Assembly (NCBI GenBank): GCA_038321985.1 | Contig: JBBQFN010000007.1 | Coordinates: 142,323-206,322, forward strand | Length of the DNA: 64,000 bases | Source of the DNA: Cyanophyceae cyanobacterium | GTDB taxonomy: Bacteria; Cyanobacteriota; Cyanobacteriia; Cyanobacteriales; Laspinemataceae | Direction of reading: 5' to 3' | Part shown: piece after piece, positions 21,109 through 31,180 of the stretch | How the letters are laid out: each line of letters opens with the position of its first letter | Numbering within the stretch: position 1 is the stretch's first letter | Made by a program: the position numbers and the translations under genes | Notes under the pieces: generated by a model | Database searches by the model: none | Told to the model about the DNA's origin: nothing | Seen by the model: the letters and a program-made list of their open reading frames with translations, nothing else

Positions 21109-22077
21109 CTAGGGTTGTTTTTCTTCTAAAATATTTTGAATTTCTCGAATTGTGTTATAGTCTTCGTCATTGGTTAACGTGTATCCGCCCGATTCTGTTC
21201 CGGTGGGGTCTAAAAGTCCAGAAGGAGCTTTAATAAAGGCTAATTTAAGCTGATTTTTTAATTCGACAGAGAGTTCGGAAGAGGCCACCAGGGGGATATT
21301 AGGGATGGGTTCAGATTCCCAGATAATATGATAGCTTGACAAGTCTTTTGTTTTATCTTGTTCCAGGGTCCGATACGATCGCTTATCATCCGCGATCGCA
21401 TCCACTGCGCCAGATAGCAGTAATTCTTTAACTTCAGTATGACTCCCCCCATATTCAACGGTGGCAAAATCGATATTGGGATTAATTTGTTTATTTTTAA
21501 ACGCTAACATCGGGACTAAATATCCCGAGGTTGAGGAAGGACTAACAAAGGCGAAGCGTTTGCCTTTTAAATCCTCTAATTTTTCAATTCCGCGCTCGCG
21601 ATTGGCAACAATAATGCTAGTGTACCAAGGTCGTCCTGTAGTGCGATCAATCGGAGATACCAGGGGTTCCACTCCAGGGTCCCGTTCTTTGGCTTGCAGA
21701 TAAGTTACTGGACCCAGGAAAGCGAGGGCTACTTTTTTTTCGATTAATAAATTAACGGAGGTTTCGTAATTTTCGACAATCTCGAAATGGACGGGTTTTT
21801 GAAGGACTTGGGTTAAATAGTCAGCTAAAGGCTGGAGCTTCTCTTCTTGTGCCTCAGTCACTTGCCAGGGGATCACGGCAATGGTAAAACCGGCGCTTTC
21901 ATCTGTGGGGTTCGGTTTAATATTTTGTTGGGCGATCGCACTGGGATCACTCACTGTAGAACGTTCAGGCGTTTCGGTACAACCTGAACCGAGTAATGAC
22001 ACAGCTAAGGTTAGGCTGAACACTACACAAATTCGGTATGGGTTGCAGTTGATCACCCCAGGGAGGTGCTGTGGCAT
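21109..22077 (-). CDS. PhnD-like phosphate/phosphonate-binding lipoprotein
   Basis: Lipobox-like LGSGC, YTSIIVA, LKGKRFAF..PSSTSGYLVP, GGSH and WESEPIP. Ends 3 nt before the HK start. Confidence 0.88.
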   Translation of the reverse strand: MPQHLPGVINCNPYRICVVFSLTLAVSLLGSGCTETPERSTVSDPSAIAQQNIKPNPTDESAGFTIAVIPWQVTEAQEEKLQPLADYLTQVLQKPVHFEIVENYETSVNLLIEKKVALAFLGPVTYLQAKERDPGVEPLVSPIDRTTGRPWYTSIIVANRERGIEKLEDLKGKRFAFVSPSSTSGYLVPMLAFKNKQINPNIDFATVEYGGSHTEVKELLLSGAVDAIADDKRSYRTLEQDKTKDLSSYHIIWESEPIPNIPLVASSELSVELKNQLKLAFIKAPSGLLDPTGTESGGYTLTNDEDYNTIREIQNILEEKQP

Positions 22078-22244
22078 TACGGTTGGTGATAATAGGTTCT
22101 TTGTCGATTTTACTGTGGTATTTGCTTTTACGTTTAAACCTCATTAAATCTTTACAATTTCCTCAATTTTGGGTCCTCTTTTGTATTCGAGGAAGTCCCA
22201 ATCATTACCTTTGACCCGAAGCAAGCCGATTAAATGGGGACCTC

Positions 22245-25200
22245 TTACTCCAAACCCATGCGCTGTAACAGTTGGGTGGCATCTTCGGGGGATAAAGGAC
22301 GACTAAACAAATAGCCCTGTATTTCTTCACAGTCTAGCATTCGCAGACAATCTAATTGTTCTTGAGTTTCCACCCCTTCTGCCACTACGTTTAAATGTAA
22401 TCCATGTCCCAAGGCAATGACGGCACGGGCGATCGCAATATCCGCTGGTTCTAGCGCTAAGTCTTTGACAAAAGACCGGTCTATTTTTAAGGTATGAAGG
22501 GGAAACTGTTTCAGATAACTTAAGGAAGAATATCCGGTGCCAAAATCATCTAAGGCAATATTTACCCCCATATTTTTCAAATCTCTTAACAACTGGCGGG
22601 TAAAATCCACATCAAGCATAGCCACAGTTTCAGTAATTTCTAGGGTCAAATACTGAGCCTCTAGACCAGTTTGAAAGAGAACTTCTGCAATTTTTTCCAC
22701 TAAATCGGGTTGCTGAAACTGTCGAAGTGAGAGATTCACGGCTACGGGTATCGCCGATAAACCCGAGGCAATCCATGCTTGATTTTGAGCGCAAGCTGTC
22801 TTTAATACCCATTCTCCAATGGGCATAATCAAGCCGGTATCTTCTGCAATAGGAATAAATTTTGAGGGAGAAACTAAGCCCAATTCAGGATGATTCCAGC
22901 GCACTAACGCCTCCATCCCTTTAATTTCTCCCGTCTTGATATTCACCTTGGGTTGGTAGTTTATCATAAATTCGTCGCGCTCTAACGCCCGGTGCAGTCT
23001 ATTTTCTAAATCCAGCAATTCACTGGCGAGAATGTCAAAAGCGGGCGTATAAACTTCATAAGTATTCCGGCCTTTTTCTTTGGCTCGATATAAGGCAGAG
23101 TCGGCGTGTTTGATGAGCGTCTCTCCATCGTCTCCGTCTTGGGGAGAAAGGGCAATACCAATACTGGTACTGATATGAAGGTGATGATTTTCGATGGAAA
23201 AAACAGGCTTTAACGTTTGGATAATTTCTTCCGCAATCTTCGAGGCGGCGACTACGGAAGAGACTTCAGGAAGGATGATGGTAAATTCATCTCCCCCCCA
23301 TCGGGCGATGATATCTTTTTCGCTTAAGCTGGCTTTTAGTCTCGTGGCAACCCCTTGTAATAGCTGGTCACCAATCGCATGACCCAGGGTATCATTAATG
23401 GTTTTAAACCGATCCAAATCTAAGAACATTACTGCCAGTTTTCTGGTGTTATCTTGCCCTCGGTCTAATGCCTCTGATAAGCATTCATTTAATAAATTAC
23501 GGTTGGGTAATCCCGTTAGTGAGTCGTGAAAGGCTTGATAGCGAATGCGCTGTTCGGCACGAGCTGCATCGGTGATATCTCGAAAGCTAAATACTCGGCC
23601 AACTCTACAATCTCCGACTAGCTGAGGGCGAGAATAACACTCTAAGATTTTGCCTGATCTAAACTCAAGAATATCGCCAAATTCCATATTGGGACTATCG
23701 AGTCCTTTTCTAATTTTTATGAGGCAGTATCCAGGATTTTTTAACTGAGGCAGTAAAAGTTTTAGACCCTGCTTAAATGTACCCTTTTTCAGCAATAACT
23801 GGGGAATTTGTAACAATTTAATCAGGTTTTGGTTATAGCTAGTGATTTGACCATCTAGGTCAATTGCTAGAATTCCATCCGCAGTAGATTCTAGGGTAGC
23901 CCGCAAAAGAGAGAGGGATTTTTCCAGACTTTCTTCAGCTTGCTTACGTTGAGTAATGTCCTCTACCATACCTTCATAACCAATGATTTTACCGCGATTG
24001 TTGCGAATGACCCGCGCATTTTCGGAAATCCAGATAATAGTGCCATTTTTTTGATAAACTTGAGATTCAAAGTTCCAAAAGGCATTACTTTCTTGAAGCA
24101 ACCGGACAAACTGCACGCGGCGGTTTTTATCTACATAAATCTGGGATTCGATATTATTAATAGCCGTCATCAGTTCTTCGGGCCCGTCATAGCCATAAAT
24201 TTGGGCTAACATGGGATTGACGGTGATATAACGTCCGTTTAAGGTACTTTGAAAAATTCCTTCTACAGCATTTTCAAAGATGCTACGATATTTTTTTTCG
24301 GCGTGCTTTTGGTCGGTTTGCGCCTGTTGCAATTCAACTAGGGTTTTCTGGAGTTCTTCGGTACGTGCGACAGCGATCGCACTCAGGTAGCGTTCTCGTT
24401 CTGCTTGTTCCCGTCGCGCATCCATAATACTAAGAGTATGAGCATTCCAACTGATAGCAGTCCCTAACAAGATGGTATTAAATACGCTTAATAAAGCAAT
24501 CCCTACCCCGCGATCGTAGAGATTTAATCGAGTGCCATGTAAAATTAATCCCCCGACTAGAGGAGGAAGAAGTAAGGCGGCAATTGATAGAGGTTGCAGG
24601 AGTAAACGTAGGGCGCGATCGCTTGTTAATAAGGCGACGAATCCGCGATCGGGATTCAACAATAAAATCCCCACGGAAAGCACTATAAAGGATACGCTAG
24701 TATGCAAGGCCATTTCAGTATTACGGCCGAGGCCATAAAAGGCCGAAATTCCATACAAATATCCTAACAATCCTAAAAATCCAATGGCCCAGGCAATTAC
24801 ACTCAAATACTGGGCAATCCAATAGCGTTTTTGTTGAGAGAAAATCAGCGCAAAACCGAGTAATCCAAAATTAAAAGCCGTATTAGGAGCCATCCGCCCC
24901 GGTACAGAAGTACCAGCGGCATTTGCTTCTTCTTGAAAAAGCAATTGGTCAATCCCCAAATTGATATTTAGGGTATATTGAAGTAAAGTCAACAGTCCTA
25001 TAAAAATTACTAAATAAGATGAAATATCAAGGAGAATGTCAATTAGATCAACCGCCTTTTCAGAAATATTTTTACATTTTTTAAAGCAGTTTTGTCCTAA
25101 ATTCAATTTGGGTAATTTACGCCTCTTTCGGGAATTTTTGCGCCCCAATTGCCATAAAGAAAGACCAGAAAAGATAAAACTAATGGCGGTATTTGCTTTC

Positions 25201-25403
25201 ATCGTTACTAGCCCCGGCCAAACACTTTTGAGGGTAGGAATATCGAATATCCAGCCCAGCAAAACTATCAAACCCGTTAGCATTACTATAATGCTCGTCC
25301 CTTGAGAAACTGCTTTCAAGGATGCGATCGTACTTGAGGTTATAGGGGGGTTGGAATATCCAGGTAACATTTCTAGTTGTGCCCCTCTAGATTGAGTCAG
25401 CAT
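22245..25403 (-). CDS. Membrane PAS-PAS-GGDEF-EAL diguanylate cyclase/phosphodiesterase
   Basis: Multi-TM N-terminus, PAS domains, RWGGDEF, MEALVRW and DDFGTGYSSL; both catalytic motifs look intact. Confidence 0.93.
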   Translation of the reverse strand: MLTQSRGAQLEMLPGYSNPPITSSTIASLKAVSQGTSIIVMLTGLIVLLGWIFDIPTLKSVWPGLVTMKANTAISFIFSGLSLWQLGRKNSRKRRKLPKLNLGQNCFKKCKNISEKAVDLIDILLDISSYLVIFIGLLTLLQYTLNINLGIDQLLFQEEANAAGTSVPGRMAPNTAFNFGLLGFALIFSQQKRYWIAQYLSVIAWAIGFLGLLGYLYGISAFYGLGRNTEMALHTSVSFIVLSVGILLLNPDRGFVALLTSDRALRLLLQPLSIAALLLPPLVGGLILHGTRLNLYDRGVGIALLSVFNTILLGTAISWNAHTLSIMDARREQAERERYLSAIAVARTEELQKTLVELQQAQTDQKHAEKKYRSIFENAVEGIFQSTLNGRYITVNPMLAQIYGYDGPEELMTAINNIESQIYVDKNRRVQFVRLLQESNAFWNFESQVYQKNGTIIWISENARVIRNNRGKIIGYEGMVEDITQRKQAEESLEKSLSLLRATLESTADGILAIDLDGQITSYNQNLIKLLQIPQLLLKKGTFKQGLKLLLPQLKNPGYCLIKIRKGLDSPNMEFGDILEFRSGKILECYSRPQLVGDCRVGRVFSFRDITDAARAEQRIRYQAFHDSLTGLPNRNLLNECLSEALDRGQDNTRKLAVMFLDLDRFKTINDTLGHAIGDQLLQGVATRLKASLSEKDIIARWGGDEFTIILPEVSSVVAASKIAEEIIQTLKPVFSIENHHLHISTSIGIALSPQDGDDGETLIKHADSALYRAKEKGRNTYEVYTPAFDILASELLDLENRLHRALERDEFMINYQPKVNIKTGEIKGMEALVRWNHPELGLVSPSKFIPIAEDTGLIMPIGEWVLKTACAQNQAWIASGLSAIPVAVNLSLRQFQQPDLVEKIAEVLFQTGLEAQYLTLEITETVAMLDVDFTRQLLRDLKNMGVNIALDDFGTGYSSLSYLKQFPLHTLKIDRSFVKDLALEPADIAIARAVIALGHGLHLNVVAEGVETQEQLDCLRMLDCEEIQGYLFSRPLSPEDATQLLQRMGLE

Positions 25404-25691
25404 TCTCTAATTATCCTTATTTTTTAAACTAAATCTTCTCACATTTAGGAAGCTGAGGTTACTCATCTCCTCCTTTAGACTCTAGCGGTTATAGGTAGAA
25501 TGAGTTCTGTATTCTATTTTGCAGTTCTTATATTTTTTTTATGCTTTCCTAAAGGATAACAGGAGGCCAAGGTCAGCCCTGAATCAAATCAACTCCAGTA
25601 AAGCAGCATGAATTTATCCCCGCCAACACCCGATGGGATTGCCTCAAGTAAAAAGCCTAAATCTTATATAATCTAGGGGTTGCGATCGCCC

Positions 25692-27233
25692 CTAGAACCC
25701 CACCTCTAAGGTTAAAGAATGACCCATAACTCTTTCTGAAGATAGGTCGTTAGAGGAAGTTTGCACCCCCTTTGCAGGGCCAGACTGAGTCACTGGCAGT
25801 TCAATTCTAAACTCCGTCCCCTGACCCGTTGTGGAGATGCACTGAATCTGACCCCTATGCTTTTCTACAATAATTTGATGGCTAATGGACAATCCCAAAC
25901 CTGTTCCTTTTCCTAGGGGTTTCGTGGTAAAAAAGGGGTTAAACAGAGACGCCTGTACCTCGGAAGTCATACCCCCGCCATTATCTGATATCTCAACTAC
26001 CACCCGTTCATTCTGTAAAAGGTAGGTGCGAATATGAATGGTGGGATTGAACGGATCAGAACTCGTAAGCGGCGATCGCAACTGTTGTTCCTGCGACTTC
26101 CACTCGGCGTTACCTTCACTCCAATCTCCTCGTTTCATTTCTAAGGCATCAATCGCATTTCCAATTAAATTCATAAAAACTTGATTGAGCTGGCAGGAAA
26201 ATCCTTCAATCGGAGGAATATCGCCATAATCTTTAATAATTTTAATGGCCTGGGTTTTACCATTGGCTTTGAAGCGATTTTGCAAAATCAAGAGGGTGCT
26301 ATCAATGCCTTCATGAATATCTAATTGATTCATCACAGCTTCATCTTTTCGTGAAAAATTTCGCAGAGAAAGAACCAACTGGTGCATTGAATCCGACCCC
26401 ATTTTAATCGAAGATAATGTCTTGGGTAAATCTTCTCGAATAAAATTGAAATCCACTTGTTCGAGATGGTCGATTAGAGAAAAATTGGGGTGGGGATATT
26501 CTTGTTGATAAATCTCGATAATTTCGAGCAACTCTTCAACATAAGCGATCGCATGATTGACATTGCCGTAAATAAAACTCACCGGATTGTTCAGTTCGTG
26601 GGCAACACTGGCAAGCAGTTGGCCCAGACTAGACATTTTTTCGCTCTGAATCAGGCGATCGTGGGCGGTTTTTACCTCCTCTAGGGCTTGTTCTAATTCC
26701 GCAGCTTGGGAACGGGCAATAACCGCAGCCCTCTCGCTTTGACGATACAGTTCCGCTTGCTGACGGGCGATCGCCTCTTGTTGCGCGTTACTTTCCTGTT
26801 GATATTGACTGACGATGGCATCCAAATCATCAAGTAAGGGTCCACTAGCTGCATCCAGGATGTAAAGCAGGTGCGGATTTCCCGGGGTCAATTCCCAGTC
26901 TTCAGCAGCGATCGCCTGGTTGACTGCGGCAATATAGGCTTTAATTTTGCGGTCTAAATCGATAGGGGGTTCAAAATACATCGATTTAATGGCTGGGGAT
27001 GGATGCCCGGGTAACTGCAAGGCTGCATCCCCGTATAGCAGGCCATTATGGGATTTTTCCATTACTGTGATGGTTTCCAACAATGCTGAGCGCCATTTTC
27101 TTCTATCTTCTGATGTCTGAGACCTCTGTAGTTGCAAGGCAAAGAGTGCAGTTCGTTGAGACAGCATCCGTTGGCGACCGCTGATATTGACTACTGCCGC
27201 ATTAATTTCTCGCATAGTTTGGATCTCAGCCAT
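25692..27233 (-). CDS. Soluble histidine kinase with PilJ/NarX-type nitrate/nitrite-sensing domain
   Basis: VNISGRQRMLSQR matches the NarX P-box/McpN N-box; no TM helices; H-box AHELNNP. ATG 27233 preferred over TTG 27275. Confidence 0.85.
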   Translation of the reverse strand: MAEIQTMREINAAVVNISGRQRMLSQRTALFALQLQRSQTSEDRRKWRSALLETITVMEKSHNGLLYGDAALQLPGHPSPAIKSMYFEPPIDLDRKIKAYIAAVNQAIAAEDWELTPGNPHLLYILDAASGPLLDDLDAIVSQYQQESNAQQEAIARQQAELYRQSERAAVIARSQAAELEQALEEVKTAHDRLIQSEKMSSLGQLLASVAHELNNPVSFIYGNVNHAIAYVEELLEIIEIYQQEYPHPNFSLIDHLEQVDFNFIREDLPKTLSSIKMGSDSMHQLVLSLRNFSRKDEAVMNQLDIHEGIDSTLLILQNRFKANGKTQAIKIIKDYGDIPPIEGFSCQLNQVFMNLIGNAIDALEMKRGDWSEGNAEWKSQEQQLRSPLTSSDPFNPTIHIRTYLLQNERVVVEISDNGGGMTSEVQASLFNPFFTTKPLGKGTGLGLSISHQIIVEKHRGQIQCISTTGQGTEFRIELPVTQSGPAKGVQTSSNDLSSERVMGHSLTLEVGF

Positions 27234-27337
27234 TTGAAAACAATTGGTCGAACCGAACACGGCTTTTAGCTCCAAATTTAATAATTATAGCTTTCTTCCG
27301 TTGGATCTTTTTGTAGACTGATTTGAGGAATGAGTTT

Positions 27338-27351
27338 GTAGTTGAAGCTAC
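27338..27351. promoter_or_regulatory. NtcA-binding site
   Basis: GTA-GTTGAAGC-TAC is an exact GTA-N8-TAC, upstream of the nitrate-box HK. TATAAT lies on the minus strand at 27289-27284. Confidence 0.6.
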
Positions 27352-27470
27352 CGACTTTTTTAGGGGATGCATTTGGCCCTGCCAGTCTATGTAATCTTTA
27401 CATAAATTATTTTAAATTTTTTAAACAAATAAAAAAGATTCTCGGGAATCTTCAACAGGAGGAAGGAGGC

Positions 27471-30392
27471 TTAACTGGCTCCCCGGGTCACAGAGGGTAT
27501 GGCATCGATCGCCGGATCCCCTGGGCGCACTTTAGCCCCTTGGCGGATGGGGATTACAATCTGAAACTCCGTCCCCTGACCCAGTTCTGATATACAAGAG
27601 ATCGACCCGCCATGACGTTCAACCACAATTTGATAACTGATAGACAATCCCAAACCTGTTCCTTTGCCTTCAGGTTTAGTCGTAAAAAAGGCTTCAAATA
27701 GCTGCTGTTTTACCTCAGGTGTCATACCGGGTCCATTATCAGCAATTCGGATGGCGATCGCCTCGTCCCGCAGCACTTCAGTGCGAATCCAAATCGTCGG
27801 CAACGGCAATTGATACACCGGGAGAGGAGATTGAGAAAAATCCAGGTCCGCTAAGGACATCTGTCCGGTTCCACTCCCGGTTCTCTTCCCCGTGCGATCG
27901 CCTTTGAAGGGGTAATTTCCACTCCCATCGGCACAAGTGCTAGTTTTCCAATTCCCCGTCATCTCTTCTAAGGCATCGATCGCATTTCCCATCGCATTCA
28001 TAAATACTTGATTAAGTTGACTGGGGTAACATTCAACCGGGGGAAGATCCCCAAACTGTTCAATCGTGGCGATCGCCCCGCAATAGGGGTTTGCTTTAAG
28101 GCGGTGATGTAAAATTAACAGGGTACTTTTCAACCCTTCATGAATGTCTGTTACTTTCATCTCACCTGTATCCGCACGGGAGAAGTTTCGCAGCGATCTT
28201 GCTAGTTCCCCAATCCGTTCTGCGCCCACTTGCATCGAAGAAATCATTTGAGGCAAATCTTCCAGCAGGTAGTCGAGTTCGATTTCCTCCCGGTAGGCAA
28301 GAATCTCATCCGCTGGTTCACTATAATATTTTTCATACAAGTCCAACAGTTGCATCAACTCTTGCAGATACTTAGTCGCATAAGAGAGATTCCCATAGAT
28401 AAAATTAACCGGATTATTAATTTCATGAGCAACCCCGGCAACTAAAGACCCCAAACTCGATATTTTTTCCGTTTGAATCAGTTTAGCCTGGGTCTGTTTT
28501 AACTCGTGGAGAGCGACTTTCAGCTTTTCCGCTTGGGCGTTAGCGGCGGTGGCTGTAATACAACTTTGGTCGTAGAGTTTCGCCTGGTCGATCGCGATCG
28601 CAATCTGCATAGCAACATCTTGTAGCAACTCTACCTCACTTTCGCTCCAGGGATGACTGGAACTCCCATGTATACAGGCCAAGGCACCTTTTTGTCCAGA
28701 ATGAGTTTGCACCGCCACGGCTAGCAAAGAGTGGATTGATCTGGCTTGTAATAGTTCGCGACTGGCGGGGTCGAGTTTCTTGTCAGCCAGAGCATCATCG
28801 AGTTGCAGGGAATTAAGCCGTTGGAGGGCCATCCCTAGAAAGGGGATTTCTGCCAGAGGATTGTCTATACAATCGAGCGACTGTTCCGGGTCTCGTGATT
28901 CTTGGCTCAGTTCGTAATCGCCCTGATTTGAGTTATCATTGTACCACAAAAACTGACAGAGATCAATAGCTAAGAGCGTGCGAATTTCAGTGACTGCGGT
29001 TTTTAGAATGGTATCAATATTTAACGAATTATGAATTTGACTAGAGAGGCGACGCTTGAGGAGTTCCACCCGCGATCGCAGTTCTCGAAAACGTGTTTCT
29101 GATGCCACCAGTTCTTGCTGGGTTCGTTCTAGTCGTTCGTTGGTCGCCTTTACCTCCGCCATTGCCATCTCCAACTGACGGGATTTTTCCTCCATTTGGC
29201 AACTATATTCTATCGATTGAGAGACCTCCGCAAGCATTTCGATCGCCACAGCAGAGACACTTCCACTCACCGTTTCTATCCCCAACCACGGCAGAGGAGC
29301 GATCGCATCAGGCGTTTCCCAAACAATTTTAAACTGTCCATTCGGTAAAACTTCTCCGATTCGACAGGTTTTACAAATATGATTGTTCGCCTCAATCCGC
29401 ACTAAACCTCCTGGGGAGGTAAAGGTTTGATTGTACGCCGCTTCTCGCACCCGTTCCACCTCAAACGTTCCTGCTTTTTCTACCGATTGTTTCCACAGAT
29501 AAACTTGTGTATAAGCCGCTTCAATAGGGTCACTGGTCACCCGATCTTTTCCATACCGAGCTTGAAAATTTCGCACAAATTCCTGATTTTGGGGAGTATC
29601 AATGCTTTGAAAATAACTCCAGGTTGCATAGTGTCCGTTAGCCGCTTCCCCAATCCGCCGCACTTCATCTTCCGCCACACTAACAGCGAGAATGGGAAGC
29701 TCGGCTGCCGTCCCTCCTAACTCCCGATATTGATGATAAAAGGCGATATTGCTATCTCCATTTAAAGTATTAAAGACTAAATCCGGTTGAGTCGCTTGAA
29801 TCCGAGGAATAATCTCCCTAAAGTCTTGTTCCCCCAGCAGAATGTATTCTTCTCCAACAACTTCTCCCCCTTGCTGTTTCAAATGCGCTCGAATAATTTT
29901 ATTAATTGTCCGAGGGAATACATAGTTAGAGCCTAGTAAATAGATACGCTTACCTTTATTGGCGATCGCCCAATTCAGGGCCGGTTCTACTTGCTGATTC
30001 GGACAAATACCCGTGTAAAAAATGTGGGGAGAATATTCAAGTCCTTCATATTCCACGGGATACCAGAGTTGAGCATTCAACTCCTCTAAAACTGGCAAAA
30101 CTGCTTTCCGACTGGCAGAAGTCCAACCCCCGAAAATTGTCACTACTTGGTCTTGTTCGATGAGTTGCCGAGCTTTTCGGGCAAATTGTGCGGGTAAAGA
30201 GGCTCCATCTTCGATAATGGGTTCTATGGGTTTTCCGAGTACGCCTCCAGCAGCATTAATTTCGGCGATCGCCATCAATTCCGCATCTTTTAGGGACGCT
30301 TCTCCGATTGCCATCGTTCCACTCAGGGAGTGTAAGATTCCAACTTTGACACTCGCCTCGCATCCGGTCCCTGTCTTGCTCATTTTACTCAT
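27471..30392 (-). CDS. UrtA/AmiC-type amide/urea-binding domain fused to GAF and histidine kinase
   Basis: VKVGILHSLSGTMAI, FGGWTSASRKAVLP and WYPVEYEGLE (UrtA family), then GAF, AHEINNP and HATPase. No signal peptide. ATG 30392 likely start (ORF track gives 30482). Confidence 0.88.
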   Translation of the reverse strand: MSKMSKTGTGCEASVKVGILHSLSGTMAIGEASLKDAELMAIAEINAAGGVLGKPIEPIIEDGASLPAQFARKARQLIEQDQVVTIFGGWTSASRKAVLPVLEELNAQLWYPVEYEGLEYSPHIFYTGICPNQQVEPALNWAIANKGKRIYLLGSNYVFPRTINKIIRAHLKQQGGEVVGEEYILLGEQDFREIIPRIQATQPDLVFNTLNGDSNIAFYHQYRELGGTAAELPILAVSVAEDEVRRIGEAANGHYATWSYFQSIDTPQNQEFVRNFQARYGKDRVTSDPIEAAYTQVYLWKQSVEKAGTFEVERVREAAYNQTFTSPGGLVRIEANNHICKTCRIGEVLPNGQFKIVWETPDAIAPLPWLGIETVSGSVSAVAIEMLAEVSQSIEYSCQMEEKSRQLEMAMAEVKATNERLERTQQELVASETRFRELRSRVELLKRRLSSQIHNSLNIDTILKTAVTEIRTLLAIDLCQFLWYNDNSNQGDYELSQESRDPEQSLDCIDNPLAEIPFLGMALQRLNSLQLDDALADKKLDPASRELLQARSIHSLLAVAVQTHSGQKGALACIHGSSSHPWSESEVELLQDVAMQIAIAIDQAKLYDQSCITATAANAQAEKLKVALHELKQTQAKLIQTEKISSLGSLVAGVAHEINNPVNFIYGNLSYATKYLQELMQLLDLYEKYYSEPADEILAYREEIELDYLLEDLPQMISSMQVGAERIGELARSLRNFSRADTGEMKVTDIHEGLKSTLLILHHRLKANPYCGAIATIEQFGDLPPVECYPSQLNQVFMNAMGNAIDALEEMTGNWKTSTCADGSGNYPFKGDRTGKRTGSGTGQMSLADLDFSQSPLPVYQLPLPTIWIRTEVLRDEAIAIRIADNGPGMTPEVKQQLFEAFFTTKPEGKGTGLGLSISYQIVVERHGGSISCISELGQGTEFQIVIPIRQGAKVRPGDPAIDAIPSVTRGAS

Positions 30393-31180
30393 GGCTGACT
30401 CTTCTAACACTTGGATTTTTTGAATGATTCTGCTGCTGATTTTTCCAGTTTTGGCTGATTTTTCGGGCGCTCCCTTGCCCAAAAATTAGCTTAGTTTACT
30501 AACAAAAATTTTTAATTTTACTTAAAAGCTGCTCATTAATTTCATTAAATATCTTCAAAGTTTTAGAAAAAAATGCTATTTAATTTTTTAAACCCTGGTT
30601 TTTAAAATTTTATAAATTAGTTCAAAAATATTTACTAAGCCATCATAAATGTAGGCACTAATTTAATTAATTTAAGTTATTGTAAATCAACCTAAATTGT
30701 CACTTATAAAGAAGGGAAATTCCTAAAGCATCCTTCTAACCGACCCGCAGAATGAAAAGTTTTATCCTCTTTACTTGTTTTACCGAGTCTTCCCGGTTTA
30801 TAATTCAGATTTGGGAGATGCACCCACTTCCGGTCTCGTTTTTTTGAAACCTTTCTCGATCCCGATAATTTTTCTGATGTTTAACAAGTTTTGAGGTTTT
30901 GGGGACCGGAAACCGTAACTATTTATACATTTCATCAAAACTTTGAAAAGCTCGGGGCAGAAAACTAACCGAAAAGGGGTACTCAACAGGAAATTTTCTC
31001 CTTATTATACCCAATCTAGTTTTCAAAAGTCTGTTGGTTTTCCACGTCAGCGTAGGCAGGCTTCTTTCACGTAGTCGCACCCTGGAGGGGTATCGGTTTT
31101 TGCAGCCCGATGAGGACCGAACTCTGTTTCCTGAAATCATCCCATCCTAGTCTTCCCTACCTTTTCCCCGGGTAAAGAGC

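Noticed and set aside
22126..22158. Pho box upstream of the PhnD-like gene
   Set aside because: TTAAAYCT repeats have 10-bp rather than 11-bp spacing and are opposite to the gene orientation.
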